Shown piece by piece: positions 1-12,091 of a DNA stretch of 64,000 nucleotides; position 1 is the stretch's first letter, and the number at the start of each line of letters is the position of its first letter. The DNA comes from Octopus bimaculoides (lineage: Eukaryota), in assembly GCF_001194135.2 (NCBI RefSeq), contig NC_068981.1, positions 45,060,227 to 45,124,226 on the forward strand, given 5' to 3'. The notes under the pieces were generated by a model. It did not search any database. It was not told the origin of the DNA and saw only the letters and a program-made list of their open reading frames with translations. Position numbers and translations under genes: made by a program.

Positions 1-219
1 ATTACCACACAGATCCTTTGGCCCCGATTTATATAAGGAGACAAGAATGGCATCAATCCAGTCTTGAGGCACTTTCTCACTTCTCCAACAGTGACAAATT
101 AAAATATTCAAGAGTTCCATCATCTTGTCACCCCCATATGTCAAGACTTCTGCACAGATTCCATCAGATCCTGGAGACTTGTTGTTATTCAGCTTATTCA
201 CAGCTAAATAAATGTCATT
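1..219 (-). mobile_element. RTE-clade LINE, reverse transcriptase N-terminal fragment (runs off window edge)
   Basis: Hand translation of the minus strand is stop-free for 73 codons: NDIYLAVNKLNNNKSPGSDGICAEVLTYGGDKMMELLNILICHCWRSEKVPQDWIDAILVSLYKSGPKDLCGN. This carries the K(S/A)PGxDGI, W-x4-VPQDW and LYK-G-K-x2-CGN motifs typical of RTE RT. Not in the ORF track. Confidence 0.85.
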
Positions 220-220
220 T

Positions 221-470
221 AGATGTGGTTCAAATGACCGGATCATGTCATGCCGTATCAAACTGACAAAAGGTAGGTTTCTTACCGTTGTCAATAGTTA
301 TGCACCAACAATGTCCCATTCTGATGAAACTGTGGGACAGTTTTATGACAATCTAGCAAGATTATTGAGGGAAGTACCAATTTCTGACAAGCTGGTCATT
401 TTGGGATATTTCAATGCAAGAGCTGGAAGGTACTATGTTTCATGGCCTGTTTTAGGTCGACATGGGAATA
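221..470 (+). mobile_element. RTE-clade LINE AP-endonuclease fragment
   Basis: ORF 212..535: NDRIMSCRI, VNSYAPT, FYDNL, VILGYFNARAG (GDFNARVG variant), LGRHG. These are RTE APE motifs. Similarity is lost after about 470. Confidence 0.85.
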
Positions 471-1659
471 AAAGAAGGAAAATACACACTTTACATAGCT
501 ATATATATTTTAAAATTCATTTTATACTGGTGTAGAGATCTCGCTTAGACGTACCTAAGATTTGAAAACGAATCTACCCTTTTATTGCTTGTCAAAATAA
601 GCGGGAAATCCATTCTACACCAGATTATTAATGGGGAAACACTTGACCCCCCAAGGATTTCTGCTGATCAAGGATATGTCTGTCCTTTTCTTAGAGTTTG
701 ATCTACATTACTGACTATAGTCTATAAAACGGACGTCATTTTCTATATCTTCCTATTTTGTGTCAGCCAGACCAAGGAGGAACATTCTCTTTTGTATCAA
801 CTATGACTAAGGAGCAATATTTCCCATCGCCCTTCGTTCGACATACGAAGGAAATCTTTTGGCTGCAAGAAAGACGATGCCACCTTTCTCCTTTATTCGT
901 TTCTAATCAGCACCGTGCATTTAAACCTTTTCACTCTCTACTAGCAGACTGCAACTTCTACATTATCAGCAACTATGCAGCGAGCCAGCCCTTTTGTCAC
1001 TATCACTACAATTACTACTCTAACGACCTGTTTGGAAAATGAATAAATATATGTAAATAATATTTCTTCTTTCTTGGTGTTGATTATTTAATGTTTACTT
1101 CTTACTCCTACGCGAGAACTTTCAAGCGTTATATCTACAAGCTACATTTTGTAGTGAGTTACATCATATCGACGTCATATAGCATGTCAACTCAACCCAC
1201 TACACTGTGTTTGCCACTTTCGCTAATCAGGGCATTGAAATTATTGTAATTTTGTATTTGCTTAAGACGATATAATCCATCTTGTGTGAAGAAGTTTATG
1301 AATGAACGATTCAACATGTAGAAAAAACTGAGGGCAGGTAATTGGTGATCGTTATTATTTGGGATAGGTGAAGTAATTGGTAATCTTTCGGGGAGGGGAC
1401 AATATACAGCAAAATTAACAAGCTAAAGTAGTGAGGATAAATATATACATTGATGGGTATGTAATCATGAATTAAAGCATCCAATGAGATTAAAGTTGGT
1501 TATGCGTGTATATTTAGATGTTTTCTCCATTTTTCGATTAGCAAATTGTCTTTATTTCAACGTGTTTGTATAGAAATTGTTTCTTTCTTCTGGTAGATGG
1601 GGAAAACTATGAAGTTTGGTTGGATATTGACTACACATCTCTGTGTGTTCACTGCAAAT

Positions 1660-2370
1660 AATTTGTCTATAATGCAAGCAAGATCTCAGAACAACACTAA
1701 CTAAAAGACAATACCCACTAACAATTATTGATGGTAGAATTAAGCGGGCTAAGACATTAGGCATATAACCACAATGGGCAACAAAACATAAAACCACACC
1801 GCATCTCAAAACACTACTGTATATATCAAAATCCACCTAGGCTCACTAAATATCCTAAAATGAACATTCTGAAAACACAGAAACTCACCAAATGCAAAAA
1901 GCAACACAAATAGGTAAAATGTCTTAACAACAGTGAACCTTTAAACAACAAGCAACAGACAAATGGTTAAAAAAATGTGGACGCCCACACTGCGGAACAT
2001 ACCGCAACCTACTGGAAGGCTCGAAATTCCTTTTAAAACAAGGAGAGAGGTTTACAATTAAAAGGAAGTTGTGCTCAGAGAATCTAAATTGCGTTATAAC
2101 CTGTTCAGTTTGTAGTCAGAACTATATAGGACAGAGACGTGTCACACGGACAACCACACTACAAAAGGAACATATCCGGTTTCGCGCAATACAGAATGAA
2201 TCCTTTGAGTGAACACATACAGTGATGTGCTGGTAATATCCAATCAAACTTCACAGTTTTCTCCATCTATCATAGCAAAAATACAATTTATGAACAATAA
2301 TGTTTAAATAAAGAAATTTTGCTCATCGAAAAATACAGAACACGTGTAAATATGAACGCACAACCAACTT
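1660..2370 (+). mobile_element. Penelope-like element remnant (RT thumb/linker + GIY-YIG)
   Basis: Frameshifted pieces: LRTTLTKRQYPLTIIDGRIKRAK; KCGRPHCGT; CVITCSVCSQNYIGQ; PLSEHIQ..FTVFSIY. Confidence 0.8.
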
Positions 2371-2721
2371 TGGTCTCAGTATATATTTTAATTCATGATC
2401 ACATACCCTTCACTGTTATAACTTCATCTCGCTAATATAGCTTTTGAGTTTTCATATATATATATATATTCATTCCTTCCTCGAATGATGCGCAATTACA
2501 TCCCTTGTCCCCAATAATAACGATCGACAATTACCTTCCCTTAGATTTTTCTACTTATTGAATCATTCATTCACAAATTTCTCTGCACACAGCACGCATA
2601 AAAAACCTTCCTAAGAAAATACGAAATTACAATAATTTCAATATCATGATTAGCGAAAGCGAATCTGGTCGACAAACGCAATACTATTTGACTTATAAAA
2701 TATATATAAATACCAGGTTTA

Positions 2722-2815
2722 GAAATAAGTACTGGAGCTATTTCATTCGAATAAAATGCGAAGACTGCGGTGCCTCATCGTGGCTGCAATCAACCGGCTA
2801 AAACAAGTAAAAAAT
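2722..2815 (+). mobile_element. SINE type A, diverged 3' fragment
   Basis: aataagtactggag...gcggtgcc...aaaacaagtaaaa resembles the 3' end of the copy at 16318-16672. Confidence 0.55.
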
Positions 2816-4429
2816 AAACTATAAAAGATTGCGTGTATATGTGTCTGTGCGCGCGTGTGTCCCCAATATATGTATGTATACATATTGAAATATGTGTGAA
2901 CATATAATTAAACATGTATTTATATGTGAAGAGAAATAGAGGTGGAGATGAGAGTGAAAGAGAGAGCGGTCTTCAGAGAAAGAGTATAATTGACACAGAT
3001 GTGACGAAATATGGAAAATATTACTTTAAATATTTAAACTTCACATACTCTATTTTTATTTATATCAGTATTTAACGAAATATTTTTTTTTTATTCTTGC
3101 ATGCTTTTTTTTTTGGCAAGATATGAATTTGATGATGTATCAGAGAGATTTTAAAACTCTTTCTTTAATGGAAAATAACGAAGAGCTATTTTACCGGAAA
3201 TCAAAACAACAAAGGAGAAGCAATTTAATACCGATCACATATACTTGAATATCTTTGCTTTAATATTATAAAATAAAAAGAAAGTATCCGATGTTATTGA
3301 AGAAACATAATTTTAAGGATGAGCTCAAGTGAATATAGAGTTCATGAAGCTGCATTAATTTTACCCATAATGATTTACTGTATATTTTTTCTTGCCTGTG
3401 GTGTATCAATATATGTTAGTGTTTGCATTTGAGCTCATTCTTTTATTTATTTACTGATTTGTTGAAACCCGTATCTCAAATTACCAAGAAAATATTCTCA
3501 GTTGCAATATTTTATTGCGCAGAATAAATGTGAAATAAAAGTATAAGTATTATGTATATTAGTACAAGACTTAAATTTAAATCATCGAATACAAATTTTC
3601 ACATCATAGGAAATCATTTGTAAATATAGGCTCCAATGATATTGTGCAATTGAAGTTGAATTTTATGCACCAAGTCTGGCAGCTTAATACTGTTTCTTTG
3701 CATGGGTAAGTTACAAAACATGACGTCTTAATCTTGTCATAAGATAACATTCCTAAGTATATTAATTTGCATATTCATAACGGAGAGTGATAGCATTTAT
3801 CAGGCAGCTTTATTCGGGTTGTTTCTATTCTACATTAAGTATAGACAGCCGATGCTGTTAAGTTAAGTATATACTTTATTATGCCTATTTTGCTTCGGTA
3901 ATTTTAATTATGCATAAGCAGAAATTCCATCTATGATATGGAATGACATATCTGAATATATTCAGAGATGAAAGTCGCAGGCTTACTGTTATATGAATGA
4001 CAATATTAAAGGTAGCCTCATAGATCCTCAACGGACATTTTGTCTACGAAGCAATATGAATTTTTATGCAAGTTAGCAGTCGATCAGTAATAAATAAAAC
4101 GTTCAGTTTTCGATAGTTAAAATGGATTCATGCATTTCGTGATCCCTTTAGTCACGTAGAAAGCTGTATGTTAAATATGTTCAAACGATATTCCAAATTT
4201 GTTCAAGAAGCAGATTAAAGAACATCATAAACTAACGAATTTTTGTAAAATTTACTCGCACTTAAATCTCATACAGTCATATTAATGAGTATACACAAAA
4301 CCCATAACTGGACACACATTTATTTCATACTTACTTGTGAGCTTACTAATGGATGTACGTGCTTGGGGACATATAAATCTAAACTCATGATATATAATTT
4401 AACTGAATTAAAAGCCGCAATAATGCAAT

Positions 4430-4775
4430 GCGTCCACATTTGTTAACCGTTGGTTTTCGTGGTAAAGCGTCGCATGTTTTACAAGGATTTTCGATTTGTG
4501 TTGCTTTTTGCTTTTGATCAATCTATGTATTTTCAGAATGTTGTTAATTTTTGAATCCCTAGTAAGTATAGGTAAATTTTGTACAATAGTGTTGTATACC
4601 TCATTGTTTCTAGGGTTGTGCGTTAATATATGCTGTAGTGTTTTGAGATTAGGTGTGGTGTTACATTTTGTTACCACTAGTGTTTTTGTACCTAATTTCT
4701 TAAGACGCTTCATTCCATTGTCTATATGTTAGGGTGTATATTGCCTTTCAATTAGTGATGTTCCGAATGTTATTC
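4430..4775 (-). mobile_element. Penelope-like element fragment, same family as 1660-2370
   Basis: ORF 4408..4713 (THNPRNNEVYNTIVQNLPILTRD..IKSKKQH). Nucleotide similarity to 1690-1990 (accacac..atctcaaaacactac; gcaaaaagcaacacaaat; aaatgtggacgc). Confidence 0.75.
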
Positions 4776-4777
4776 AT

Positions 4778-4951
4778 GTATATGTATACGCACACACACA
4801 CACACACACACGCACATATATATATATGTATGTATATATATATGTATGTATATATATATATATATATATATNNNNNNNNNNNNNNNNNNNNNNNNNNNNN
4901 NNNNNNNNNNNNNNNNNNNNNNNNNNNNNNNNNNNNNNNNNNNNNNNNNAC

Positions 4952-4998
<47 letters not shown>

Positions 4999-5017
4999 TG
5001 TGTGTGTGTGTGTGTAT
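4778..5017. repeat. Compound (CA)n/(AT)n/(GT)n microsatellite spanning gap 4872-4949
   Basis: Direct inspection. Confidence 0.95.
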
Positions 5018-6558
5018 GCAATGCATATTGATGTACTAATTTTTTTTATGTTCATGATTTCATTCAATGGACTGTAACAATGCTAGTACATTGCTTGCCT
5101 TCATTTGTCTATACCATTCTTGTGTTGCAATGTACAAAAAATTGATTTATAATTTTGTTAGTAGCAGCTGATCATCAATAAGTGCAACCTTTGATATTGT
5201 ACGCTATAACTGTTTTATCCGTTATTCTAATTAAAATTTTGTCAGACATCTCTTCAATTCCACTTCAAGGTCAATTTTATATTTGCCAGGTTGTTCAGTA
5301 CAAACGTTTGAAAACTTCAAATAATTTAAGAAAAGTGTTGAAAATCATTTTGGTGCGTGGATAGAGAGATGTTTAATGGAAAACCAAACCGTAACTGCCA
5401 AAGTGTGCGTTATAAAAATTCCTCAATGGCACAATTCGTGACACGAAGTATTCGCATGTTTCGAATGTATAAAAACAGTATGTATACCTCTGAAACGGGC
5501 CGAATATATACAAATATACAAGATATGTTATAAGCAATCGCTTTCTGCTTTAATCACATATTCTAGTATAAGTAGGGCTCTTTTAAAAATGTTGAAGTAC
5601 CATGTGTGACACATTCAATCTACGTCCCTCGTAGGCATTCACAACTACAAATAAATAAATAAGTATATATATATATATATATATAAATATATATATATGT
5701 ATGTATGTATGTATACACACACATATATATGTATATATGTTTATATGTATGTATGTATACATGTGTGTATGTTTTTATATATGAATTATACGGAAGCAGT
5801 ATTTATAGGAAAAAGTAATCTTCATTTCATATTCAACTGAACAGTGATAACAATTAGAACACCGAATGTTGCGTTATGAACATTGGAAGATCCGCTCATA
5901 TAGACGCCTCGAGTACAAGAGTACGCTCATATAGCAAGAATCGAAATCCGTCCGATAATGCACGCTGGAATATACATAACACGTGGTTTCAGTCTTTTGG
6001 GGTTCACCAAATGAAAATCAAATCCCACTGCTACGATATATAGAATATAAGCACCTTTATGTTAATCTTATGTGCTACTGGAATTCTGTTACCCTTGACA
6101 GACTCCCGTCTGTAAGATCTATGAGTGTACTTAGTGTCCATTTATACATCGAGCTCCTATATGATAGGATTTCTCAAGATTAAGACCGTATTATTCGTTG
6201 TTGTAAGAAGGCAATGTTAGCCTGTATATAAATACATGTATATATCTATATCTATAAAACTCAGAATGTGTGCGTGGGTGCATATATATGTATCCTCTTT
6301 ATGCGTTTGCACATTTTCCCCCGATTTTGATGGATTTTCTTTTATTAAATGGCAAATTTACCTATGCAGGTCACTGCCGCATTAACGATGCCTAAAGATA
6401 CCCCTTTCCAGGAGAAAAATCGATAAGACTGAAGGGACCACACCTTTTTCGCTGTTTTTGTCGCACAGAAATGCATAGAATTCCGAACAGATACTTGATA
6501 GAACCGCACACGAGAATAGTTTTTACGGGAACATCTGATTTTTATATTTTTGGTGTGA

Positions 6559-7303
6559 CAGTTCAAGTTGTATACATGACAGTTACTTTGTTGAAGGTTT
6601 ATATACGCACATATATACATATGCATATACACATATGTAAACACGCACACACACATATATGTGTGTGTGTGCGTTTGCCCCTCTCACCATCATCTAACGG
6701 TGAATTGATAGAACGTCTTAGATACATATATGTACAAATATGACCTTACTTATACATATATAAACAAGTATACACAATCATATTGACACTCACACACGCT
6801 CACAAATGTGACTATGAGTGTGTGCATGCATGGGCGTATGAGTATGTGTAGATATGAGTGTGTGTAGATACATCTATGTGTGGTATGTTTATGGAGGAAA
6901 ACAAATGCATATTTGAATTTTAACCGTTATCCTTGTATTAGTATTAGTGTCATACATATTTCTATATATGTATGTGTGTAGGTGTGTGTGTATATATATG
7001 TATAGGTGTAGTGATAGTTAAGCGTATATGCGTGTATATTTTGAGATATGTATATTTGTGAGCGTGTGTGAGTGTCAATATGATTGTGTATACTTGTTTA
7101 TATATGTATAAGTAAGGTTATATATGTACATATATGTATCTAAGACGTTCTATCAATTCACCGTTAGACGATGGTGAGAGGGGCAAACGCACACACACAC
7201 ACATATATGTGTGTGCGTGTTTACATACGTGTATATGCATATGTATATATGTGCGTATATACAACCTTCAACAAAGTAACTGTCATGTATACAACTTGAA
7301 CTG
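6559..7303. repeat. Long near-perfect inverted repeat: arms 6559-6807 and 7054-7303, spacer about 246 bp
   Basis: cagttcaagttgtatacatgacagttactttgttgaagg...gctcacaaat is matched in reverse complement by atttgtgagc...ccttcaacaaagtaactgtcatgtatacaacttgaactg with only a handful of differences. Confidence 0.92.
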
Positions 7304-7339
7304 ACGCACATATCAGTACATAAACATATATTCACATGT

Positions 7340-7350
7340 ACATACATATG

Positions 7351-7382
<32 letters not shown>

Positions 7383-7570
7383 CACACACACAAACACGTC
7401 TACACACTTACCCTATTACTCACATACATTCATAAGTACATACGTGCGTACTCGCATACATACATATATACATATATACATACATGTGTATAGGCATGCA
7501 CACATGTACACGCACATACATACATACATACATACATACACACATACATACATACACATGTACATATATA
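7340..7570. repeat. (CA)n/(CATA)n low-complexity tract
   Basis: Direct inspection. Confidence 0.9.
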
Positions 7571-8531
7571 TCATGAACTAACTATTACTTTCTCAGATGC
7601 AGCCCAGAATTTTGTCAGTGAACAGGTCACGGTCTCAAAGCGATGAAAATATTTTGACAAATTAAATTTAAATGTTGAAGTGAATCTTACGGACTGTGTG
7701 TGTTATTTTAAATGGCTTATAAACACCTTCCACGCTGCAATTGAATATGTATATATATATACATATATTATTGTACCACTAAAGCAAAACTCTAAAAAAA
7801 AGATGTACTCCATCTAGTGAGAGGTAAATATCATTTACTGTACATAAAATAAACATACAAGCTGCTTATATTTGTTGCTTGGAGATGCTGGTCTTTGTAG
7901 GTTTACACAAGAAGCCTTGTGTTTCTAAGCAATTTACAGGCTTTGAGCATCTATTCTATTCAATCTAAACATCAAAGTACCCGGCGAAGAAAGAATCCGA
8001 GTGAAAACGAAACGAGTAAATTAGAGTTACGTTCCATTCGGACGTAGAACAATAATTAAGCTAGCTGTTGTACAAAAATATCGTAGAGATAAGTCAAGAG
8101 TCCATGTGAGAGCAATTCAATTTGAACAGAGGTGTGGCCTCCACTCTTCCAAAGAAATGTTCCCATCTTTTATTATTTCCTGAAAATTTCGGACGTGGAA
8201 TTTAGTAGGGTGTTGAAATTTTTACATCTGATTTTTACTTATATATATATATACATACATACATATATATATATGTGTGTGTGTGTGTGGATAGGCGCTT
8301 GCAAGTGTGCACGTATATAAATATATCGATATTTATATCTATAGTTCCAGCTTACACAAAGTACAAACAACAGAGAAAAATAAGGCGATATAAGAAAGGT
8401 GTTATAAATCAAACAGCTGTTTCTGGGTTCTCGAAGATCTATAATCATTTTGGTAGATGTGATTCATCTCAATATGTGGCCGTAATGAATACAAACGACA
8501 CTGAATGAGACGAGACTCCATCATCTGTGTA

Positions 8532-8624
8532 GAAAAGATCTTACATTTCAGATCATAATGCAGAGATGTTCAAAGATGATCTTTGAAATCCTTTGCATTA
8601 CGAACTGCATTGTAAGATCTTTTC
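8532..8624. repeat. 93-nt imperfect palindrome/hairpin
   Basis: Outer gaaaagatcttaca/tgtaagatcttttc (14/14), inner ttcaaagat-g-atctttgaa, middle taatgca/tgcatta. Confidence 0.85.
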
Positions 8625-9010
8625 AATCCTCATGAAGGAGGCTCATCTTGACCAATGTTATTCGCATCCATACGACTGAATATTGTGATGATCATAACCT
8701 ACCAACACTTTTATGGATCTCCGAGCACCCATAATTTTATACCTTGGATTTATACCACATTTCTTGCAATATTTTCATTCTCTCTGTCGTTTGTACCCAG
8801 TGTAAGCTGAACCTATTAAGATAAATATCTCTATATATTCATACTTAAAAATGCGTTGTCTAAACATCTACGGTTTTTGCCTTCTCTCGTTGTGCATGTG
8901 TACATATATATTTTTTTCCATTTCACACTCAAACTCATATTTAGCACATATAATACATTTAATGTATTTAGTTTGCTTATTGCCTCTCTTTGTCTTTCTC
9001 TGCCTATCTG

Positions 9011-9045
<35 letters not shown>

Positions 9046-9084
9046 ATGTGTGTGTGCGTATATATATATATATATTCATATAAA

Positions 9085-10000
9085 TCATCTTTGAACCTCG
9101 GGTGATGAGAAATTGCAAACGGTACTTAGGTGTCTTGTTTAATCTGTGAATATACAACCTACATAAATTAATCCTCTGAAGTCCCTACTCCATGGAACCA
9201 ATAACAGTATTCAAATCACAATGGAATTTAGCCATAACCAACTACTCTTCTGAGATATTTTGATTGTTATGATTGGCTGAAAATAGAATGTGATATCTAT
9301 TACATACCAACAAACTCTAAAAAATACCTACTATTTTCCTCCCCATGCCACCGAAAATAAACCGAATCCAAATATCCCTGTGGTTTACTAGAGAATGGAA
9401 CACAACACACCAAATAATTAGGTATTGAAGCATTACGTAATGTTAGAAATATTTCAGATACTCCCAAAATTATATCATTACTTACAACACAATAACCAAG
9501 AAACATAGAAATATTGAGTATTATCCATCAGAACAAGCGTTAGTGACCCAAAACCCCGGAATGACAAATTCAGTTGAATCGCACAAAATAATCATCTGCA
9601 AAGGTCTACCAAAGACCCTAACCTACTAACCCAACGATACAACTTTTGGTCTCAATTCCAACAGTTGAAAATACAGCCGATCTTAATGAGGAATTTGTGA
9701 GAACATTATTGAATTTAAATAAGGACAAGATCTTACTATGAAAAAAAAACATTTTACTTGTTCTTCAAAACAATTATGCATTGCAGGCACGGCAAATTAA
9801 ATTAATTTTGACGATGAAGTTGAATGTTCATCGTCAACAAATGCGTGATATTAAAACTAGAATATCTGGACACGTCTGTGGAGACCAAATCGCCCAATTT
9901 TCTTGTCTTTCAACTGTACCTATGTCGGGGATAAGACTCCAGACAGAACAAAAAATGACTAAGTAGAACTGATTTGTTAAAAAATATTAGCCACTGTTGA
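9085..10000 (+). mobile_element. Penelope-like element remnant (RT C-terminus + GIY-YIG)
   Basis: Pieces: CKRYLG; IQITMEFSHNQLLF*DILI..DIYYIPTNSKKYLLF; KYPCGLLENG; PRNIEILSIIHQN; LNVHRQQMRDIKTRISGHVCG (ORF 9781..9966). Confidence 0.8.
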
Positions 10001-10689
10001 GTGAGCAGTAAAAAAAACATCAGTAATACATGATCATTCTTTTCCCCTTAAATATTTACAGTAGAATGTTTTACTTGGACTCATTCTTAAGAATTCAAAT
10101 TCATGTAGCATATATTATCTATCCAATTTACTCCAAACTTTGTTAACAAAAAGGGGATATGGTTTTAAATGTTCAATGTGAGAGAACAAGTCCTATTTGA
10201 TAACAGTGTTCTTCCACATAAATTTAACCAATGCTTATGAATAACACTTTTATGTATATATATATTATATCATAAGACTATTTTCTTCCTGTCATATGAC
10301 ATACCCATTGGTGAAAAGGTGTTATGTGACCTTCTTTTGCAAAGTTTATTAAGTTTAATACATGAGCGATGACCAGTCCATTTTTACGTTAACCAATCAT
10401 TTGGTTGACCAATTTATACGTTAATAAATAATAACATTTTGAGCTATACTCTTATTCAAATTATATTTGTAACACCGGCCAGAATAGACATAATGCGCAT
10501 TATAGTTCCATATACCATATAGTTTTAAAATCTAATTTGAAACGTGTAAAATCGGATTCCTATATTATAAAATATAATCATATAGTAATGAATTCATATA
10601 AATTCTGTGTGTAATTTCAACTTCATTTCTTCAATTTCATTCTACACAGACACACGGATAAACACAAACCCACATATGGACACAAACAA

Positions 10690-10751
10690 ACACACACGTA
10701 CACACACGAGCTCACACACGCAAACAAACACACACACGCACACACATACAT

Positions 10752-10798
<47 letters not shown>

Positions 10799-10800
10799 TA
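10690..10800. repeat. (CA)n/(AT)n microsatellite
   Basis: Direct inspection. Confidence 0.9.
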
Positions 10801-12059
10801 TGTATATATGGATATTTATATCAATACTGTCTCATTTAATAATTTATAATATTTAATAAAGTTTAATTAGATTTAAAATGCGTAATGATGAGCATTCTAA
10901 GTGAGAAAGAATTTTCATGTGTATTACACAACAATATATTTCCTTTATTCGTAAACAATATTAGCTCTCTCCAAAATGTGTATATATTCAAAACATCATT
11001 CATCTAAGGATTAGGCAGAAATATAAATAAAATCATTTCTGAATATTTTTCTATGTTGAAAAACCATGGATTTGTAGGAAATAGCATGTTATTCATAGCT
11101 TCCATTTCCACTATACACATTTAATAACAGCAATGGATTACAATGTTAAATAACATTATGAAACTTATTTCTTAATATCCTTGCTAGTGATAATTTATCG
11201 CATTTTAAAATTACAAAAAAACTATTTCTATTCGTTTATACATTACCTTCATAACGTACTTTATTACGATACATTGCATTTTGATTATACATATGCGAAG
11301 ACACACACACACGCACACACACATTCATACCTATACGTACACTCACACGCTCACATGCACACACAAGCAAACGCACACCACATACAGATACACACACATA
11401 TATATAATTACTGTATATACTTTATAGCTTAATTTGAATATTGTGACTATATTAATGTAAATCACGATGCTCACTGTTGGTGACTTTTAATGAAGAAATT
11501 CTAATTCTGAATTGAATGCTGATATACTTATTCATGTATGCAGCTATGGTCAAACGTTTTCCTACAGTACTACATTTCGTTCCCTTCCTCGGTTTTTCAA
11601 AAGTTAGTTATGTCTATGTGCATGTGTGTACGTATGCATCATGTGTGTGCTTGTGTGTGTGTGTGTGCGTGTATTTACGTACTTTCGAACGTATGTATGA
11701 AGCGTCGAATATCCGTTAATGACAGTTGTATTAAATTAGCATCCCAGTGTCGATGCATACTTGTTGCTTACACATCGCTGTTTTCCCTTTCACTGACATT
11801 CGCTACACTCACTATGCCACCATACTTCCCTCACACTAAGACACTTTGCAAACTTCACATTTTATCAAATCACTCTACGGTTCCCATTATAGATTTTTAG
11901 TGAAATCCAATAAGTCTATGATTGAACTGGAATCTCGTTCAACATATATCCAAAGTTTCGTCAAGATTGGTTCACTGGTGTAGGCAGCAAGATAGTAACA
12001 GACTGATCGACAGACAGCAATTGGCATGTCTGTAAAAGACATGTATATCTATATGTATA

Positions 12060-12091
<32 letters not shown>

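Noticed and set aside
800-905. Minus-strand RWHRLSCSQKISFVC resembling a C-type lectin C-terminus
   Set aside because: A stop lies immediately upstream, the acceptor is weak and the other CTL cysteines/WIGL motif are absent.
3924-3966. Small palindromes (ttccat..atggaa; tctgaatatattcaga)
   Set aside because: Short AT-rich palindromes are expected by chance.
8640-8780. Minus-strand QGIKLWVLGD resembling piggyBac GIK(L/I)W
   Set aside because: It is a single short motif surrounded by stops, with no other piggyBac motifs or TTAA/TIR evidence.
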